NCBI GenBank assembly: GCA_003530935.1
Contig: DPEO01000045.1
Location: 6,034 to 30,033 of the forward strand
Direction: 5' to 3'
DNA from: Desulfomicrobiaceae bacterium
Lineage (GTDB): Bacteria > Desulfobacterota > Desulfovibrionia > Desulfovibrionales > Desulfomicrobiaceae
DNA: 24,000 bases
Both the position numbers and the translations under genes were made by a program. Shown here in pieces: positions 23,024 through 24,000 of the stretch. How positions within the stretch are numbered: the stretch's first letter is position 1; every line of letters begins with the position of its first letter. The notes under the pieces were generated by a model, which was given only the letters and a program-made list of their open reading frames with translations, was not told where the DNA came from and did no database searches.

Positions 23024-24000
23024 ATGCACCACGCCTTCTGCCCTGAAGAATTCTGGTCCCAGGATACGCTGCGCGCCGTCCAATCCGCTCGCCTGCAATC
23101 GATTATCGAGGCATCCGCCCGCTCCCCCTTCTATGGCCAGCGTTTTGCCCAGCTCGGCATCGCCCCTGGAGACATCCGCAGCGTCGACGACATCCGGCAC
23201 CTTCCCTTCACCACCAAAGACGACCTCCGGGCCGCCTATCCGGACAAGATGCTCACCCTGCCGCTACGCCAGATGGCGCGGTTGCACGCCTCTTCCGGCA
23301 CCACCGGCGCGGCCACCGTGGTGTACTATACCCACAACGACCTGGCGGCCTGGGCCGATTTAGTGGCCCGCTGCATGCACATGACCGGCATCCGCGCGGA
23401 CGACACCTTCCAGAACATCGCCGGCTACGGACTCTTCACCGGCGGCCTTGGATTTCACTACGGCGCCGAGCGCCTGGGCTGTCTCACCATCCCTGCCGGG
23501 GCGGGGAATTCCAAGCGCCAGCTGAAGCTCCTGGAAGACTTCCGGGTCACAGCGGTCCATATCATCCCCTCCTACGCCCTGCATCTGGCCTCGATGATGG
23601 AGGAAATGGATTTCGACCCCCAGCGCCTTGCCCTGCGCATCGCCCTCATCGGCGCAGAGCCCCACACCGAGGCCATGCGCCGCCGCATCGAATCCTTCTT
23701 CGGGGTGCGCGCCTACAACTCCTACGGCCTTTCGGAAATGAATGGTCCGGGGGTGGCCTTCGAATGCCCGGAGCAAAACGGCATGCACCTGTGGGAAGAC
23801 GCCTACATCGCGGAGATCATCGATCCTGCCACCGGAGATCCAGTGCCGGAAGGCCAGGTGGGCGAGCTGGTGCTCACCACCCTCACCCGGGAAGGGATGC
23901 CCCTTATCCGCTACCGCACCCGGGACCTCACCCGGTTTCTGCCCGGCCAGTGCCCCTGCGGCCGGGCCCATCGCCGCATCGACCGTATCAGCGGCAGGGC
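23024..24000 (+). CDS. paaK: Phenylacetate-CoA ligase (PaaK) family adenylate-forming enzyme, N-terminal ~325 aa (continues past the right edge)
   Basis: Absent from the ORF track because it has no in-window stop. My hand translation from ATG 23024 (the first start after an in-frame TAA, with GAGGA upstream) stays open to the edge. It reads MHHAFCPEEFWSQDTLRAVQSARLQSIIEASARSPFYGQRF...IRHLPFTTKDDLRAAYP...LHASSGTTGAATVVYYT...YGLFTGGLGFHYGAERLG...YNSYGLSEMNGPGVAFEC...PLIRYRTRDL. These are the PaaK/F390-synthetase family motifs. Substrate specificity cannot be inferred. Confidence 0.85.
   Translation, partial: MHHAFCPEEFWSQDTLRAVQSARLQSIIEASARSPFYGQRFAQLGIAPGDIRSVDDIRHLPFTTKDDLRAAYPDKMLTLPLRQMARLHASSGTTGAATVVYYTHNDLAAWADLVARCMHMTGIRADDTFQNIAGYGLFTGGLGFHYGAERLGCLTIPAGAGNSKRQLKLLEDFRVTAVHIIPSYALHLASMMEEMDFDPQRLALRIALIGAEPHTEAMRRRIESFFGVRAYNSYGLSEMNGPGVAFECPEQNGMHLWEDAYIAEIIDPATGDPVPEGQVGELVLTTLTREGMPLIRYRTRDLTRFLPGQCPCGRAHRRIDRISGR

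Noticed and set aside
1-24000. A search for tRNA/rRNA genes, CRISPR repeats, IS or transposase genes, integrases, toxin-antitoxin pairs, or compositional islands suggesting a defence or mobile region.
   Set aside because: No intergenic gap exceeds about 95 nt. I saw no repeated spacer-repeat periodicity and no recombinase or nuclease motifs. GC content looks uniform apart from a mildly lower stretch in mlaD-mlaC. The window reads as core chromosome.

Overview
This is a gene-dense, GC-rich chromosomal segment (well above 60% GC by eye) with 26 protein-coding loci, mostly on the + strand. I recognised no rRNA, tRNA, CRISPR array, IS element or integrase. The gene content and protein motifs suggest an anaerobic, Desulfovibrio-like bacterium, but I cannot verify that here.

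Left to right, the window contains:
- The 5' part of comEC (- strand, runs off the left edge and is absent from the ORF track).
- A tightly coupled operon with no histidine kinase: a receiver-only response regulator, a 1013-aa polytopic membrane protein of unknown family, a PEP-synthase-like enzyme that lacks the usual C-terminal barrel, and a 61-aa membrane peptide.
- A Cache/HAMP/PAS chemoreceptor gene split by a frameshift near 8891.
- An IHF/HU-like gene overlapping a pyridoxal kinase gene.
- A complete mlaEFDCA lipid-transport operon. Its MlaF ATPase carries a C-terminal degenerate GGDEF-like domain, and no MlaB gene is present.
- A ferredoxin-nitroreductase fusion (- strand).
- znuA-znuC-znuB followed directly by a Cys-rich CHAP-type lipoprotein.
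- An orphan response regulator (- strand).
- A TtuB-like/TtuA-like tRNA thiolation pair.
- rpsF-rpsR-rplI-dnaB.
- The 5' part of a PaaK-family ligase that runs off the right edge.

The two best candidates for undescribed biology are the kinase-less operon at 985-7294 and the MlaF-GGDEF-like fusion at 11774-12961. All family assignments come from reading motifs by eye. No database search was run.
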